64,000 bases of DNA from Methanobacteriota archaeon (GTDB taxonomy: Archaea; Thermoplasmatota; Poseidoniia; Poseidoniales; Thalassarchaeaceae): assembly GCA_011523055.1 (NCBI GenBank), contig WTHQ01000039.1:12263-76262 (forward strand), read 5' to 3'. The translations under genes were made by a program, and so were the position numbers. The notes under the pieces are model-generated. The model worked only from the letters and a program-made list of their open reading frames with translations. It made no database searches and was not told the DNA's origin. This document shows positions 10,931 through 21,352 of this stretch, piece by piece; positions within the stretch are counted from its first letter, which is position 1, and the number at the start of each line of letters is the position of its first letter.

Positions 10931-11596
10931 ATGGGACATCCAAAATTTGCTCGTTCGAAGACTGACCGACCTACTCACCCATGGAAAGAGGCTAGAATCG
11001 AAGAAGAGCACAAGTTGAAAGAGCAATTCGGCCTCAAGAAAGTCGGCGGAATGAAAGAGATATGGAGAGAGAAGTCCGCACTGCGAAGACATAGGAACCA
11101 AGCCATGAAGCTAATTGGTCGTGTGGACTCGACCGAGGGCCATTACGCCAGGGAGAAACAAGACCTTCTTGTCTCCCTGAATAACAAGGGGCTCTTGCAG
11201 GAGGACTCAAGTCTGGATGATGTGCTGTCGATAACCGTCGAACAAATGTTGTCAAGAAGGCTTCAATCAGTTGTCTACTTCAAAGGACTAGCTCCATCCA
11301 TGCGATCGGCAAGGTCTCTCATTGTTCACGGCCACATTTCCATCGGAGACCAGAGGATGACTGTGCCTGGTTACAAGATCCTGAGATCCGAGGAAGAGGA
11401 ACTGGGCTACTCCCCCGGATCACCCTACATAGACCCACAGCATGCCTTCCGGAAGGAAATGGAGGAGCGGAGGATGCCAGGATCGTCCACGGATTCAGAT
11501 CAGGTCGATGACGATGCTGAGTTTGTTGAACAAATCAAGGCTGATGCCGAGGCAGCCCCCACAGTAGAAGACACCATTCCAAAGGAGGGAGATTGA
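10931..11596 (+). CDS. rps4: 30S ribosomal protein uS4 (archaeal) with acidic C-terminal tail
   Basis: [28 protein letters not shown]; GAGGTGA SD. Confidence 0.96.
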   Translation: MGHPKFARSKTDRPTHPWKEARIEEEHKLKEQFGLKKVGGMKEIWREKSALRRHRNQAMKLIGRVDSTEGHYAREKQDLLVSLNNKGLLQEDSSLDDVLSITVEQMLSRRLQSVVYFKGLAPSMRSARSLIVHGHISIGDQRMTVPGYKILRSEEEELGYSPGSPYIDPQHAFRKEMEERRMPGSSTDSDQVDDDAEFVEQIKADAEAAPTVEDTIPKEGD

Positions 11597-11976
11597 TGGG
11601 AAGGAAAGCCGTTCTCCACATCTTCACAACTTACAACAACGTCCTGATGACGGCCACCGACCTCACAGGGGCCGAAACCATCGGAAAGGTGTCAGGTGGT
11701 ATGATCACAAAGAAAGGGAGCGACAAGAGCAGTCAGTTCGCTGCAATGAGGTCTGCTGAGAGGATGGCGGAACTGCTCTTTGAGAAAGAATTCGATCAAG
11801 TCATCGTAAAGTACCGGGGAGCAGGTGGAAACCGATCCCCCAACGCGCCTGGTGCAACAGCTGCCATCAGGGCACTAACTCGCGCCGGGGTCCAGGTCTC
11901 TAGAATCGAAGACGTTACTCCAATCCCGACAGATGGAACGAAGAAGAAAGGAGGACGTCGTGGACGTCGAGTTTGA
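11596..11976 (+). CDS. rps11: 30S ribosomal protein uS11
   Basis: [37 protein letters not shown]. Confidence 0.96.
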   Translation: MGRKAVLHIFTTYNNVLMTATDLTGAETIGKVSGGMITKKGSDKSSQFAAMRSAERMAELLFEKEFDQVIVKYRGAGGNRSPNAPGATAAIRALTRAGVQVSRIEDVTPIPTDGTKKKGGRRGRRV

Positions 11977-11985
11977 GGTGATAAA

Positions 11986-12975
11986 ATGGTATCAGTTGAC
12001 GTAATTTCTGAAGAAGATGACATGATGACTGTTCTGTTCAAGGACTCTGACAGAGCACTCTTGAACGCTGTGAGGCGAAATCTAATGGGGCACATACCCA
12101 AAATGGCGATCGATACGGTCAGGTTCCAGATGGGCACTTATGACCAGTGTACAAAGTGTGAGCACCTAAATCCCGCCGGCGTAGCAAGGCGAACGGCTGG
12201 AGGGACTGGATGCATGAAATGCGAAGCTGCGTTTGAGAAGGAGGGGGATGATTATGTAGTCTGGGAGACCAACTACGCGATTCCAGATGAGATGATTGCT
12301 CAAAGGGTCGCAATGATCCCAATTCCAACTGACCCAGAAGCATATTATTTCGAGGGCGACTGCCCCGACTGCAAAGATCTGGTTGAGGAAGACAGGGGCT
12401 GTCCCACATGCAACATGATCTATACCCTACGCGCCTTTGGGGCAAAGGGCGGAAAAACAATCACTGCCCGTGACCTAACTTTCCTCGGTGATGACTCAGG
12501 CAACGTTCCAGAAGCCTACAGGGACATACCCATCACGGTGCTACACGAAGGTCAGATGATCGAGTTCTGGGCCACGGCTAGGATGGGATACGGCGTCAAT
12601 CACGCTAAGTGGTCACCAACCGCAGGTGTCACGTTCGAACCGAGACAGACGGCATCCATAGCCAATGACAAGAAGGCCAAGACCCTCTTCGATATGGGAC
12701 TTAGAGTTTCAAAGAAGGACTTCAAAGATGGTAGGCTCGATGACGTAAGCAAGGTCTCAGCATTGAAGAAAGACCTACACAACGTAGGGGCTGGCACTGG
12801 TATGTCTGAAGATTTCGATGATGCGATTACCTTAGAGAATGTCGAGGGAGAGTTCCTTTTGAGTTTCGAGACCGATGGATCAATGACTCCCAAAGCCGCT
12901 TTAAACGCCTCATTCAGCAAGCTCGAACAGCGTTTCGCATCCATCAAAGAAGACATAGAGCATGTAATTGGATGA
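11986..12975 (+). CDS. rpoD: DNA-directed RNA polymerase subunit D (Rpo3) with extra Cys-rich insertion
   Basis: NAVRR, PKMAID, DEMIAQRVAMIPI, GYGVNHAKWSP, FETDGSM; canonical position after rps11. Confidence 0.92.
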   Translation: MVSVDVISEEDDMMTVLFKDSDRALLNAVRRNLMGHIPKMAIDTVRFQMGTYDQCTKCEHLNPAGVARRTAGGTGCMKCEAAFEKEGDDYVVWETNYAIPDEMIAQRVAMIPIPTDPEAYYFEGDCPDCKDLVEEDRGCPTCNMIYTLRAFGAKGGKTITARDLTFLGDDSGNVPEAYRDIPITVLHEGQMIEFWATARMGYGVNHAKWSPTAGVTFEPRQTASIANDKKAKTLFDMGLRVSKKDFKDGRLDDVSKVSALKKDLHNVGAGTGMSEDFDDAITLENVEGEFLLSFETDGSMTPKAALNASFSKLEQRFASIKEDIEHVIG

Positions 12976-13017
12976 TGACCTGCTCAGTTCAAAGACTAGT
13001 TCTCGATGGTTAGTTCC

Positions 13018-13992
13018 ATGGGCATACCATGCATGGGCCATGCGACCTGCGGGGGGCACATCACGTTGATGTTCACCGTGGAAGACAGTTCGTCGGAACC
13101 GTACCTCCAAGGTAGCAGGGGAGCCGGTCTATGCCTCGAAACTGGTTGTGAGGTGTCATTAAAGGGGGTCCGGGGGGAATGGGGCATAGACGTGATGTTC
13201 AGAGGCTTCGAGGGTTCAAAGGAAATCGTCAATGTTATTTTTGACGTTGTTTCAATGGATCTTCCCCAGATAAGAAACATGAGTTGGGCCGTCGTGGTGA
13301 ACAATCACCTTCCAACCTCACAGGGTTTCGGCATGTCAGCAGCCCTTGCTATCGCGACATCAAGAGCAATCCAACGAGCAATGGGGGAGGAATATGAACT
13401 CTCACTCAGAAGATCCTTGCTACATGCGCACATAGCCGAGCGTCAAAGCTCCTCTGGTCTAGGGGACGTAACCGGGATATCTGTAGGAGGAGTCGAAATT
13501 AGGACTCGACCTGGGTCTCCATTCCATGGAAAAGGAATGCAAAAGGGCCCTGGTGTCGCGACAGGATGGTTCGCAGACATGGAAATGACTCTTGTCTGGC
13601 CAGAGGAGATTGGGCACCACACTAGTGAGTACATTGACGACGACGACTGGAAGAAGAGAATCAGCGATTCCGGTGAATCTTCGATCCACTCCTTATTGGA
13701 AGGATGGGGGCCGGGGTGTTGGCCAACTCTTCTTTCATCCTCACGAGCGTTTGTGGAAAATAGCGGTTTGTTGGATGATGGGGGACGTGGAAACATACTG
13801 AACAAGGTAGAATCTGCGATCTCCAAGACAGGGGAAGGGGCTATCGCATCCCTATGCCTACTTGGTAACAGTGTAGTAATTACACGGAGAGAGTTAGTGG
13901 TACCCGTTGACCTAGATCATATTGAAAAGGCTCTTTCCGGGTCGGGCCTGAGGGTCAAAAGAGTCAGGTTAGCTGGCCTATCAGGATTCTGA
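13018..13992 (+). CDS. pok: Pantoate kinase (GHMP family)
   Basis: GHITLMF, GSRGAG, GFGMSAA, AHIAE...SGLGDV; start uncertain. Confidence 0.85.
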   Translation: MGIPCMGHATCGGHITLMFTVEDSSSEPYLQGSRGAGLCLETGCEVSLKGVRGEWGIDVMFRGFEGSKEIVNVIFDVVSMDLPQIRNMSWAVVVNNHLPTSQGFGMSAALAIATSRAIQRAMGEEYELSLRRSLLHAHIAERQSSSGLGDVTGISVGGVEIRTRPGSPFHGKGMQKGPGVATGWFADMEMTLVWPEEIGHHTSEYIDDDDWKKRISDSGESSIHSLLEGWGPGCWPTLLSSSRAFVENSGLLDDGGRGNILNKVESAISKTGEGAIASLCLLGNSVVITRRELVVPVDLDHIEKALSGSGLRVKRVRLAGLSGF

Positions 13993-15051
13993 GTCTCGAT
14001 TCTTCTCGTGAAAGAGATCCAGTTCAGAGAGATCTAGTGGGGACGAGTCAAGGAGAATTGCCCCTCTAAGCCTCAGGGATCTACAGAATCCATGGCGATA
14101 GACTATTGCACCTTGGCCGTATTCTGAAACATAACGATCCACTTGTTTCTGAGTCTTCTTTCGTGGGAATCCCAATGCAGCTCCGAAGAAATGCTTTGCG
14201 TCAATCCAAGCGCATGGAGTTCCGTTTATCCTCACATCATCGAGAAGCAGCAAATCTGGGGTGATAATCGCACGTCCTTCGCTTCTCTTCTGCTCGATTT
14301 CCAGGTCACTCTGCTTTCGATAACGGACTCCGAGCTCTGTGAAGTGCGAGCAAAGTATGTCCTCAAAGACCTCTGCTGCTGATTGGGTTTCGCTTTGATT
14401 TACGGAGCTGACTCGATCTGCTTCCTCAGCCATTTGGAACTGCTCATAGTCTCTATCTTTCAATTTGGACTTGGGTGATTTCAACGACTCTTTGATTCTG
14501 TTTTTCGACCATCCTCTTCCGGTCAAAATTGCCCGGAATGTGTTCACGGGGGGTGCGTCGAACCGCTTTGACAGGGACAAAACAGATTCTCCGTCGTCGT
14601 ACCTCCTTCTGAGCTCATTCGACCTTCGCATTAGTCGGCTGTGTGAATAGACGCTTTTTTCTTGGTTCAAAGCAGCCCTGAGTGAGAGTGCTTGTTCCAG
14701 GGTGATGTTCATTTCTGATATCTGATTGGCAATCTCATCGACCCTCTCCTGGGGGAGGTACCCGAACTCGCCCTTTCGAGTGACAATGTCCCCGACTTTG
14801 TCCTGTACTGACTTCGACACGCCCTTGACTTGCCAATCTATCTCTATCTTCATTGGCGGGGGGTCGATAGACTCGGGGATGCCTGTGGGAGGCGGGGAAG
14901 AAGAGAATCTATCCAGAGCACGCCGTATGGGCTCAGAGTCCTCCTTAGGAAGGGTTTTTTCCCTATATGGAGATCTCTGAGTCCGGCCTTTTCTCCCCGG
15001 GGATCCGTTCTCTTTCGACTTCAACGACACTCCGTGTGGGGTACACTCCAT
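13981..15051 (-). CDS. TPD-domain (CDIN1/C15orf41-like) PD-(D/E)xK nuclease
   Basis: FEDIL...ITPDLLL...INGTPCAWIDAKHFFG...QVDRYVSEYGQGAIVYRHGF. Confidence 0.8.
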   Translation of the reverse strand: MECTPHGVSLKSKENGSPGRKGRTQRSPYREKTLPKEDSEPIRRALDRFSSSPPPTGIPESIDPPPMKIEIDWQVKGVSKSVQDKVGDIVTRKGEFGYLPQERVDEIANQISEMNITLEQALSLRAALNQEKSVYSHSRLMRRSNELRRRYDDGESVLSLSKRFDAPPVNTFRAILTGRGWSKNRIKESLKSPKSKLKDRDYEQFQMAEEADRVSSVNQSETQSAAEVFEDILCSHFTELGVRYRKQSDLEIEQKRSEGRAIITPDLLLLDDVRINGTPCAWIDAKHFFGAALGFPRKKTQKQVDRYVSEYGQGAIVYRHGFCRSLRLRGAILLDSSPLDLSELDLFHEKNRDSES

Positions 15052-15069
15052 GAACCCAACGTATGAATT

Positions 15070-15411
15070 CTACAGAGCAGGACCTCGGAATCTCCTCTTT
15101 GCATATGAATCATACACATAATCCCTGATCGGCCTTGGAATTAGCAGGCCGAGGATGAAAATTGGCCATGGAAAACTAAGCTGCATGGCGATTCTTAGGG
15201 CTGCCGTGGACTTAGAGTGCCAATTGCCCTGCTTATCCACCAAGAATACGGAATCCACTCCCTCGAGATTTTTCGGTTTGGTGCCTAGAAATCTCCGACC
15301 TTCTTCGGTTTCCTGTCCAATGAGTCTGACCTTTCCCTTGGACCTTTTTTTTATGAATCCAGCCCAGCCTTTGCATGACTCGCAAAGATCATCGTAGAGG
15401 ATGGCTGGCAT
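15070..15411 (-). CDS. DCC1-like thiol-disulfide oxidoreductase (DUF393)
   Basis: ILYDDLCESC (DxxCxxC), KSTAALRI, IPRPIRDYVYD. Confidence 0.85.
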   Translation of the reverse strand: MPAILYDDLCESCKGWAGFIKKRSKGKVRLIGQETEEGRRFLGTKPKNLEGVDSVFLVDKQGNWHSKSTAALRIAMQLSFPWPIFILGLLIPRPIRDYVYDSYAKRRFRGPAL

Positions 15412-15420
15412 CTTTTAACC

Positions 15421-18276
15421 TCAAACAAAAGCTATGCCTGGCTCTAATGGCATTGCGAACCTTGCCTTGCCACCAACATCTTCTCCCAACCCTGCCTCAT
15501 ATACATCGACTTGTTTGATACCAAGGCTCGTGGCAATAAAATGGCGGTCTGCATCGAGTATGCTGAGTTCCATCTCTGGAATTGAAATCAAAGCTTTTTC
15601 ATCCTCTGACCATGTTTGTATTTTTCCACGCTTTTTCTTTGCCCCAGTCGTGATCATTGACCAGGTTTGCATGACCTTCCCTTTGTCCTCTGAAGTGGTG
15701 AAAGTAGGGTGTGACTTTATGTGGTCCAGTCCCGAATTAGGGAAGTCAAAGCCCACTCTCGAAAGAGAAACTGCTTCTGATGCCAAATCCTGCGCCCATG
15801 AGGGGGCTGTTTGGATTACCATTCTCTCTAGTGGTCTGTCTGAGTGCCTCTGAGCCAATGTCAATAGGTTGCGCGAGGTGTCTATCACTGACTTGAGGTA
15901 GGTCTCAGTTGCAAGTAGGACCTTGTCATCCTGCGTTACCTCTTCCGGCTTAGCAATCTTGTTCGCTAGCATGCCCTTACCACCGATGCTCATCCAAAGC
16001 TCCTCAGCGATATGTGGAGTGGCAGGTGCGATCATCTGAGCCCATATCGACATGTAACTCAATGCTGCGTTCCTGTCGGAACCGCCCCTTCTCTGATACC
16101 ACTGCCAATCTGAGAGCATCTCATAGTGGCTGATCATCACCCCTTCCCTTAGGCTGACATTCTCCATGGATTGCATCCACCTGATCATATTGTACCTTCC
16201 TTTTGCGAGAAGCCAATTGTCAATATTCTGCTTTGAATCGCCAAAGGATAGGGGGGCCTGGAAAGCGTCGATAATGCTCACAAGATGACGGTGATTCGAG
16301 TCTATTGCCGTGTCAGACCATTCCATTCCAGCCTCTGGATTTGCTCCGAAGAGAATGAAGAGTCTGACTGTGTCAGCGCCATATCTATCAATCATCTCAA
16401 CAGGACTTACTGTGTTGCCTAGTGATTTGCTCATTTTCGCTGACCTAGTTCCCAGCACATCGCCGCAACTCGGGCATGATTGGCCGTCAAGGTCAACATG
16501 ATACTCAGCATTACATGACTTACAGTAGGGAGCGGGTGCGTTTAACATCCCTTGACAGACCAACCTTTCAAAGGGCTCCCCAACTGAATTCATCCCCATG
16601 TCACGCGTTGCCTTGGTGAAGAACCTGGCATAGAGTAGGTGCATGACAGCATGCTCGATACCACCGATGTAAAGGTCGACGCCGTCCCCCATCCAATAGT
16701 CGACAGCCTGCCTTGAGAAAGGAGATTCGGAATTCTTGGCATCGCAAAATCTCATGAAGTACCAGGAGGAATCGTAGAATGTGTCCATGGTATCCGTCTC
16801 ACGTGTGGCTTCAATTCCGCATTTAGGACAATTCACACTGCAAAATTTCTCATGGCTGGCCAGGGGATTTCCTCCTTGATCCTCTGAGAATGTCAAATCC
16901 AGTGGCAGTGTGACTGGAAGTTCCTCCTTGGGGACTGGGACTGTGCCACAAGACGAGCAATGGACCATTGGTATTGGTGTGCCCCAGAATCTTTGTCTGC
17001 TCAGAAGCCAGTCTCGAAGCCTATACTGGGTCTTCCCTGAACCCGAGTTCTCGGATTCCAACAGGGAGATCACAGCGGATTTGGCCTCGTCTCCGGCGAG
17101 CCCGTCCAATTCCATCCTTGTCGACCCGAACATGGGACCGTATCCGGTGAAAGCCGAACTAGCACTTTCTTCCGAATTTGAATTTGACCCGTCTTCAAGG
17201 ACTGTGCGAATCTCTAGTCCGTACTTGGTTGCGAATTCAAAATCCCTTTGATCGTGCCCGGGGACTGCCATGACGGCACCTGTTCCATATCCAGCGACTA
17301 CGAAGTTCCCTGCATAGATTGGAATTCTCTCTCCGCTTAGTGGATTCAATGCATAGCGACCGAGGAAGACGCCCTTCTTTTCTTTGAGGAGGTTAATTCG
17401 CTCGAATTCTGAAAGCTTCGCGCATTCATCCTTGAGTTCAAGCCAGCCGTCCTCCCAACTAGACCCGCTGCAGAGGATAGGACATAGCTCATGCTCAGGG
17501 GATAGGGTGAGAAATGTGACTCCGAAGATAGTGTCTGGCCTAGTCGTAAAGCATGCAATCTCGTGATTGGATCCCTCGACGGGGAATCGGATTTCAGCAC
17601 CTTTCGATCTGCCAATCCAATTCCTCTGCATCGCCTTCACGTTCTCCGGGAATCCTATCTGATCGAGGGAGTCGAGAAGCTCGTCTGAGTATTGTGTCAT
17701 TCGCAGGAACCATTGAGACATGTCTCGTTGGACAACCTCCAACCCACATCTCCAACACCTATTGTTCTTGACCTGCTCATTCGCAAGTACGGTGTCACAG
17801 TCAACGCACCAGTTCACCGGGGCGGACCTTCTTTCCACGAGCCCCTTTTCATACAGATCGAGAAACATGGATTGATTCCATTTGTAATAGTCTACCTCTG
17901 AGGTGGCGAATTGCCGTCCCCAGTCGTAAGAGTACCCCATCCTTTTCTGGTCTGACATGATACTAGAGATATTCCGATTGGTAACATCTGCAGGATGTCC
18001 TCGTTCCTTCTTAGCAGCATTCTCAGCTGGCATTCCGAATGAGTCGTACCCCATTGGATAGAGTACGTTTTTACCCATCATTCGTTGAAACCTAGCCATT
18101 GCATCACCAATTGAGTAGTTTCGTACGTGGCCCATGTGCATGTTCCCAGAGGGGTAGGGGAACATCTCAAGGCAGTAGAACTTGGGCTTGCTGTGGTCAA
18201 CCTCTGCCAGAAACACGTTTTTCTTATCCCAGGTATCCTGCCAACGGAGTTCGATTTCGGTGTGATCGTACTTCAT
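15421..18276 (-). CDS. leuS: Leucine--tRNA ligase
   Basis: MFPYPSGNMHMGH (HIGH), FTTRPDT and GTGAVMAVPGHD (editing domain), KMSKS. Confidence 0.97.
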   Translation of the reverse strand: MKYDHTEIELRWQDTWDKKNVFLAEVDHSKPKFYCLEMFPYPSGNMHMGHVRNYSIGDAMARFQRMMGKNVLYPMGYDSFGMPAENAAKKERGHPADVTNRNISSIMSDQKRMGYSYDWGRQFATSEVDYYKWNQSMFLDLYEKGLVERRSAPVNWCVDCDTVLANEQVKNNRCWRCGLEVVQRDMSQWFLRMTQYSDELLDSLDQIGFPENVKAMQRNWIGRSKGAEIRFPVEGSNHEIACFTTRPDTIFGVTFLTLSPEHELCPILCSGSSWEDGWLELKDECAKLSEFERINLLKEKKGVFLGRYALNPLSGERIPIYAGNFVVAGYGTGAVMAVPGHDQRDFEFATKYGLEIRTVLEDGSNSNSEESASSAFTGYGPMFGSTRMELDGLAGDEAKSAVISLLESENSGSGKTQYRLRDWLLSRQRFWGTPIPMVHCSSCGTVPVPKEELPVTLPLDLTFSEDQGGNPLASHEKFCSVNCPKCGIEATRETDTMDTFYDSSWYFMRFCDAKNSESPFSRQAVDYWMGDGVDLYIGGIEHAVMHLLYARFFTKATRDMGMNSVGEPFERLVCQGMLNAPAPYCKSCNAEYHVDLDGQSCPSCGDVLGTRSAKMSKSLGNTVSPVEMIDRYGADTVRLFILFGANPEAGMEWSDTAIDSNHRHLVSIIDAFQAPLSFGDSKQNIDNWLLAKGRYNMIRWMQSMENVSLREGVMISHYEMLSDWQWYQRRGGSDRNAALSYMSIWAQMIAPATPHIAEELWMSIGGKGMLANKIAKPEEVTQDDKVLLATETYLKSVIDTSRNLLTLAQRHSDRPLERMVIQTAPSWAQDLASEAVSLSRVGFDFPNSGLDHIKSHPTFTTSEDKGKVMQTWSMITTGAKKKRGKIQTWSEDEKALISIPEMELSILDADRHFIATSLGIKQVDVYEAGLGEDVGGKARFAMPLEPGIAFV

Positions 18277-18341
18277 CGCATACCTCCTATGTGCCTCCGA
18301 TCACAGGTCACCTCTTTGAGGTGCCGTCCGGACGGGGAGTC

Positions 18342-19046
18342 ATGCTTGGAGATGGAGAGTTCGACAAAACCTTGCTCGACGATGGCATAGAGGTATGGGT
18401 GACTTTGATGGGTCCCTATCTAAACATGAACACCGCGTTCATCGACAGGAATGCGGGCCTCGTTGCGATAGTGGATCCCTACGATGCCTCGCGATGGGAG
18501 GAAGGGCTTCGCGAGGAAGGCTTGAAGCCCACACACCTGCTTTACACTCACACCCACAGAGACCATGTCGCTGGCTACTCCGAAATGTGCATCATGTTCC
18601 CAGATCTGGAAGTATGGGGGCATGAAGACGCTCGTGTTCCACATCTGTTGGGACATCCTGTTTTTGGGAGAGTTGACTTCACCAACACATGGATTCAGCC
18701 ACCATTAGAGGAGGTAAATTGGAGGGCAGGGGGCATTAACCTCACTGTAACGCACACCCCCGGCCATGCCCCCGGTCATGTCACCCTTCATGGGCACGGG
18801 GTTTTTCACGCGGGAGACCTGCTTTTCACCAACGGAATGGGTAGAGTCGACTTGCCGGGATCAGATCCCGAATCCCAGTTCAAAAGCATCCGAAGGGGAA
18901 GGCAGACCCTCGAGAAGCTTCCAGGGAGCTGGAGAATGATTCCCGGGCATCGATATGATTGGATAGACGGGACGACCCCGGACTGGGTAAGCGTCAAAGA
19001 GGCGCTTGAACACAACTACGCGTTGAATTCTATAGATGGTATGTGA
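18342..19046 (+). CDS. Metallo-beta-lactamase-fold hydrolase (glyoxalase II-like)
   Basis: THTHRDH, HTPGHAPGH, AGDLLF, GRVDLPG, PGH; upstream part of ORF-track call overlaps leuS. Confidence 0.88.
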   Translation: MLGDGEFDKTLLDDGIEVWVTLMGPYLNMNTAFIDRNAGLVAIVDPYDASRWEEGLREEGLKPTHLLYTHTHRDHVAGYSEMCIMFPDLEVWGHEDARVPHLLGHPVFGRVDFTNTWIQPPLEEVNWRAGGINLTVTHTPGHAPGHVTLHGHGVFHAGDLLFTNGMGRVDLPGSDPESQFKSIRRGRQTLEKLPGSWRMIPGHRYDWIDGTTPDWVSVKEALEHNYALNSIDGM

Positions 19047-19238
19047 CTACTCTACCTTACTCACCTTGACGGCGTTGAGCCCCTTGGGGCCCTCAGCGAC
19101 CTCAAATTCAACTGAGTCGCCGTCACGAATTGTGCCGTCCACCTCTGAGATGTGCACGAATAGGTCCTCCGCCCCTTCTCTCTCTATGAATCCATACCCC
19201 TTTTTTTGATTGAACCACTTTACAGTCCCTTGCTCCAT
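19047..19238 (-). CDS. cspA: Cold-shock protein
   Basis: GTVKWFN, KGYGFI (RNP1), LFVH (RNP2), GPKG. Confidence 0.95.
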   Translation of the reverse strand: MEQGTVKWFNQKKGYGFIEREGAEDLFVHISEVDGTIRDGDSVEFEVAEGPKGLNAVKVSKVE

Positions 19239-19352
19239 GATATCGACCGGCAATCCCTAGTTATTCATCTTGGCCATTCAAAGATCGAAAAAGGGTCGGG
19301 TTAATTGCAATGGACGGCAGGGTTCACTAGGTGCAGAAAAACGAGATTCTCC

Positions 19353-19841
19353 TTAATCTCCACGGGTTTTGACTTTTTTTGTCACATACCATATCCCAAT
19401 AACTCCAACGGCGAGTATCGTAGCAGCACCATAGCCGGGATCAGCGCCATTCCAACTTGAGAGGTCGAATAAGTTCCCGTCGCCCTTCGTTGATACAGCC
19501 CAAACGGCATATGATGACAATAAAGTCATGGAGGCGATCATGAGTGCTATTCCTACTTTGGCGTGCCCTGGAATGGTCTTTCCGGTAGCATAATACTGAA
19601 GCAATGCTGCTCCAAAAAACCTGTTTGTTAGGCTCCATCTGAACAGTCTCGGGCTTGACAGAGAGAATAAGAAAGCGGCTGGGACAGCCCAAGACACCGT
19701 GGGCCAGCCTGGAATCCAAATCCCTGCTATGGCAAAGCCAACGAACATACTACCGAGACCAATGTAGATCTTGCTTTTGAGGGGGGAGTTCTGAACCGAA
19801 TACCGATTGACTATCTCGTCAATGGAATCTGAGTAGTCCAT
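19353..19841 (-). CDS. YbaN/DUF454 family membrane protein
   Basis: GIWIPGWPT...F..SSPRLFRW.LTNRFFG...IP..AK pattern. Confidence 0.75.
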   Translation of the reverse strand: MDYSDSIDEIVNRYSVQNSPLKSKIYIGLGSMFVGFAIAGIWIPGWPTVSWAVPAAFLFSLSSPRLFRWSLTNRFFGAALLQYYATGKTIPGHAKVGIALMIASMTLLSSYAVWAVSTKGDGNLFDLSSWNGADPGYGAATILAVGVIGIWYVTKKVKTRGD

Positions 19842-19920
19842 GATAGTCCGCGCAATTATTTGGTCATAAAATAGAATGTTTCAACCATGGATATTTTTTG
19901 GTCGACCATTTCGGATGCGC

Positions 19921-20574
19921 ATGGAAGGCTCATTCGTCCTCCCACGAAAGGGTTCCATTAGCGATCCTCTTAGGATAGCTGTGTTGATTTCTGGAGGGGG
20001 TTCTGGCCTTGCGTCGATCATTGCCCATGAGAAGTCTGGTTCTCGATTTTTCCGAACTGTCCTTGTCTTGGCTGATTCAAACGAGGCAGGTGGCTTGAAA
20101 CATGGGGAGATGGCAGGGGTTGAATCCGTGGGCGTACCGTTGCCTGACATAGAGAGCAAACGGGAACAGCGTCTGTTTCATGAGAAATTAATTCAGACTT
20201 TTCTAGAAAGGCGCGATGTCGAGTTTATCGCACTTGCAGGTTACATGCGAATTCTCACACCAGGTTTTGTAGCCAAATGGAATGGTCGATTGGTCAACAT
20301 TCACCCATCATTGCTCCCCAAGTATCCCGGGGCCCATGCGCACAGAGACGCTCTCGCGGATGGGGCGATGATTTCAGGATGTACGGTTCACTTTGTCGAC
20401 GAAGGCGTGGACACAGGTCGAATAATCGACCAAGCCGAGGTACCTGTCTTGTCCGGAGATAGAATAGAGGATCTTCAAGAAAGAGTGAAGAATGCCGAGC
20501 ACAAATTGTACCCTAGGGTCATCGACGGGCTTGCTATGAATCCGAGCTCATTCTTAGGTCGCTCGGGGAATTGA
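19921..20574 (+). CDS. purN: Phosphoribosylglycinamide formyltransferase
   Basis: VLISGGGS, LAGYMRIL, NIHPSLLP, GCTVHFVDEGVDTG. Confidence 0.95.
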   Translation: MEGSFVLPRKGSISDPLRIAVLISGGGSGLASIIAHEKSGSRFFRTVLVLADSNEAGGLKHGEMAGVESVGVPLPDIESKREQRLFHEKLIQTFLERRDVEFIALAGYMRILTPGFVAKWNGRLVNIHPSLLPKYPGAHAHRDALADGAMISGCTVHFVDEGVDTGRIIDQAEVPVLSGDRIEDLQERVKNAEHKLYPRVIDGLAMNPSSFLGRSGN

Positions 20575-21112
20575 CGTTCTGTAATCCCTGCCCGGTGCAA
20601 TCTACGGCTTTCCACCTCATTGCTTTGATTTGATTCTTGAGAGGTCCATCTCCTGGGTTGATGGCTTCATTCAGGGGATCTACTCTGACTAACGAATGCA
20701 ATGGATGCGGGGTTTTGCAATAAGGAACCACGATATCGATATTTTTGCCCATACTCATCCGCAATTTGGAGTACAGCTTACTTTGGAGCCATGGTGAATC
20801 AACCGAAGAAATCTGGAGGGGCTTGGTAGCATCTATGGCCCCATCCCTGATGCCAGTAAGGAGTGCCTCGATCATTCCAGAATGGGGCTTATCGTCCCTT
20901 CGCCAGACCGCGGCCTTGGCCAACTCCCCGACGCTCGACTTCTGTCTGAATTCTTGAGCCTCATCAGAGGCCATAACCAAAATCACAGAGTGACCAGAAT
21001 CAATTAGTCTCTCCAGTGTGATTCTGATTAGGGATTTTCCGTCAATCTGCATCAGAGATTTATCCCTGCCCATCCTGGATGAGCGACCACCAGCAAGGAC
21101 CAGTGCCTGCAT
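20534..21112 (-). CDS. MobA-like NTP transferase
   Basis: LVLAGGRSSRMGRDK, VDSP, HPL, NVNSPSDL. Confidence 0.8.
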   Translation of the reverse strand: MQALVLAGGRSSRMGRDKSLMQIDGKSLIRITLERLIDSGHSVILVMASDEAQEFRQKSSVGELAKAAVWRRDDKPHSGMIEALLTGIRDGAIDATKPLQISSVDSPWLQSKLYSKLRMSMGKNIDIVVPYCKTPHPLHSLVRVDPLNEAINPGDGPLKNQIKAMRWKAVDCTGQGLQNVNSPSDLRMSSDS

Positions 21113-21116
21113 GTCC

Positions 21117-21326
21117 TCACCGAAGCTCGTCAAGTCTTCCTATTGCATGGAGCATCTCGTCAATGAGGTCTTTTGCCCTCGACATCAGGAGCAACCTGTC
21201 CCTCCTTCCATTGGTTTGTTCGAGCCAATGCATGATCTGAGCAATGTCACGGGCGTCCTTGGCAATCGTCCATTCAAGTACCTCCTCTGCAACAGGATCA
21301 TCTGATGGTAGTAGTCTGTCAGACAC
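21117..21326 (-). CDS. Small hypothetical helical protein
   Basis: 69-aa ORF tiling between neighbours on same strand. Confidence 0.6.
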   Translation of the reverse strand: MSDRLLPSDDPVAEEVLEWTIAKDARDIAQIMHWLEQTNGRRDRLLLMSRAKDLIDEMLHAIGRLDELR

Positions 21327-21352
21327 AATACTCTGCTGGTGACACTCGGTGA

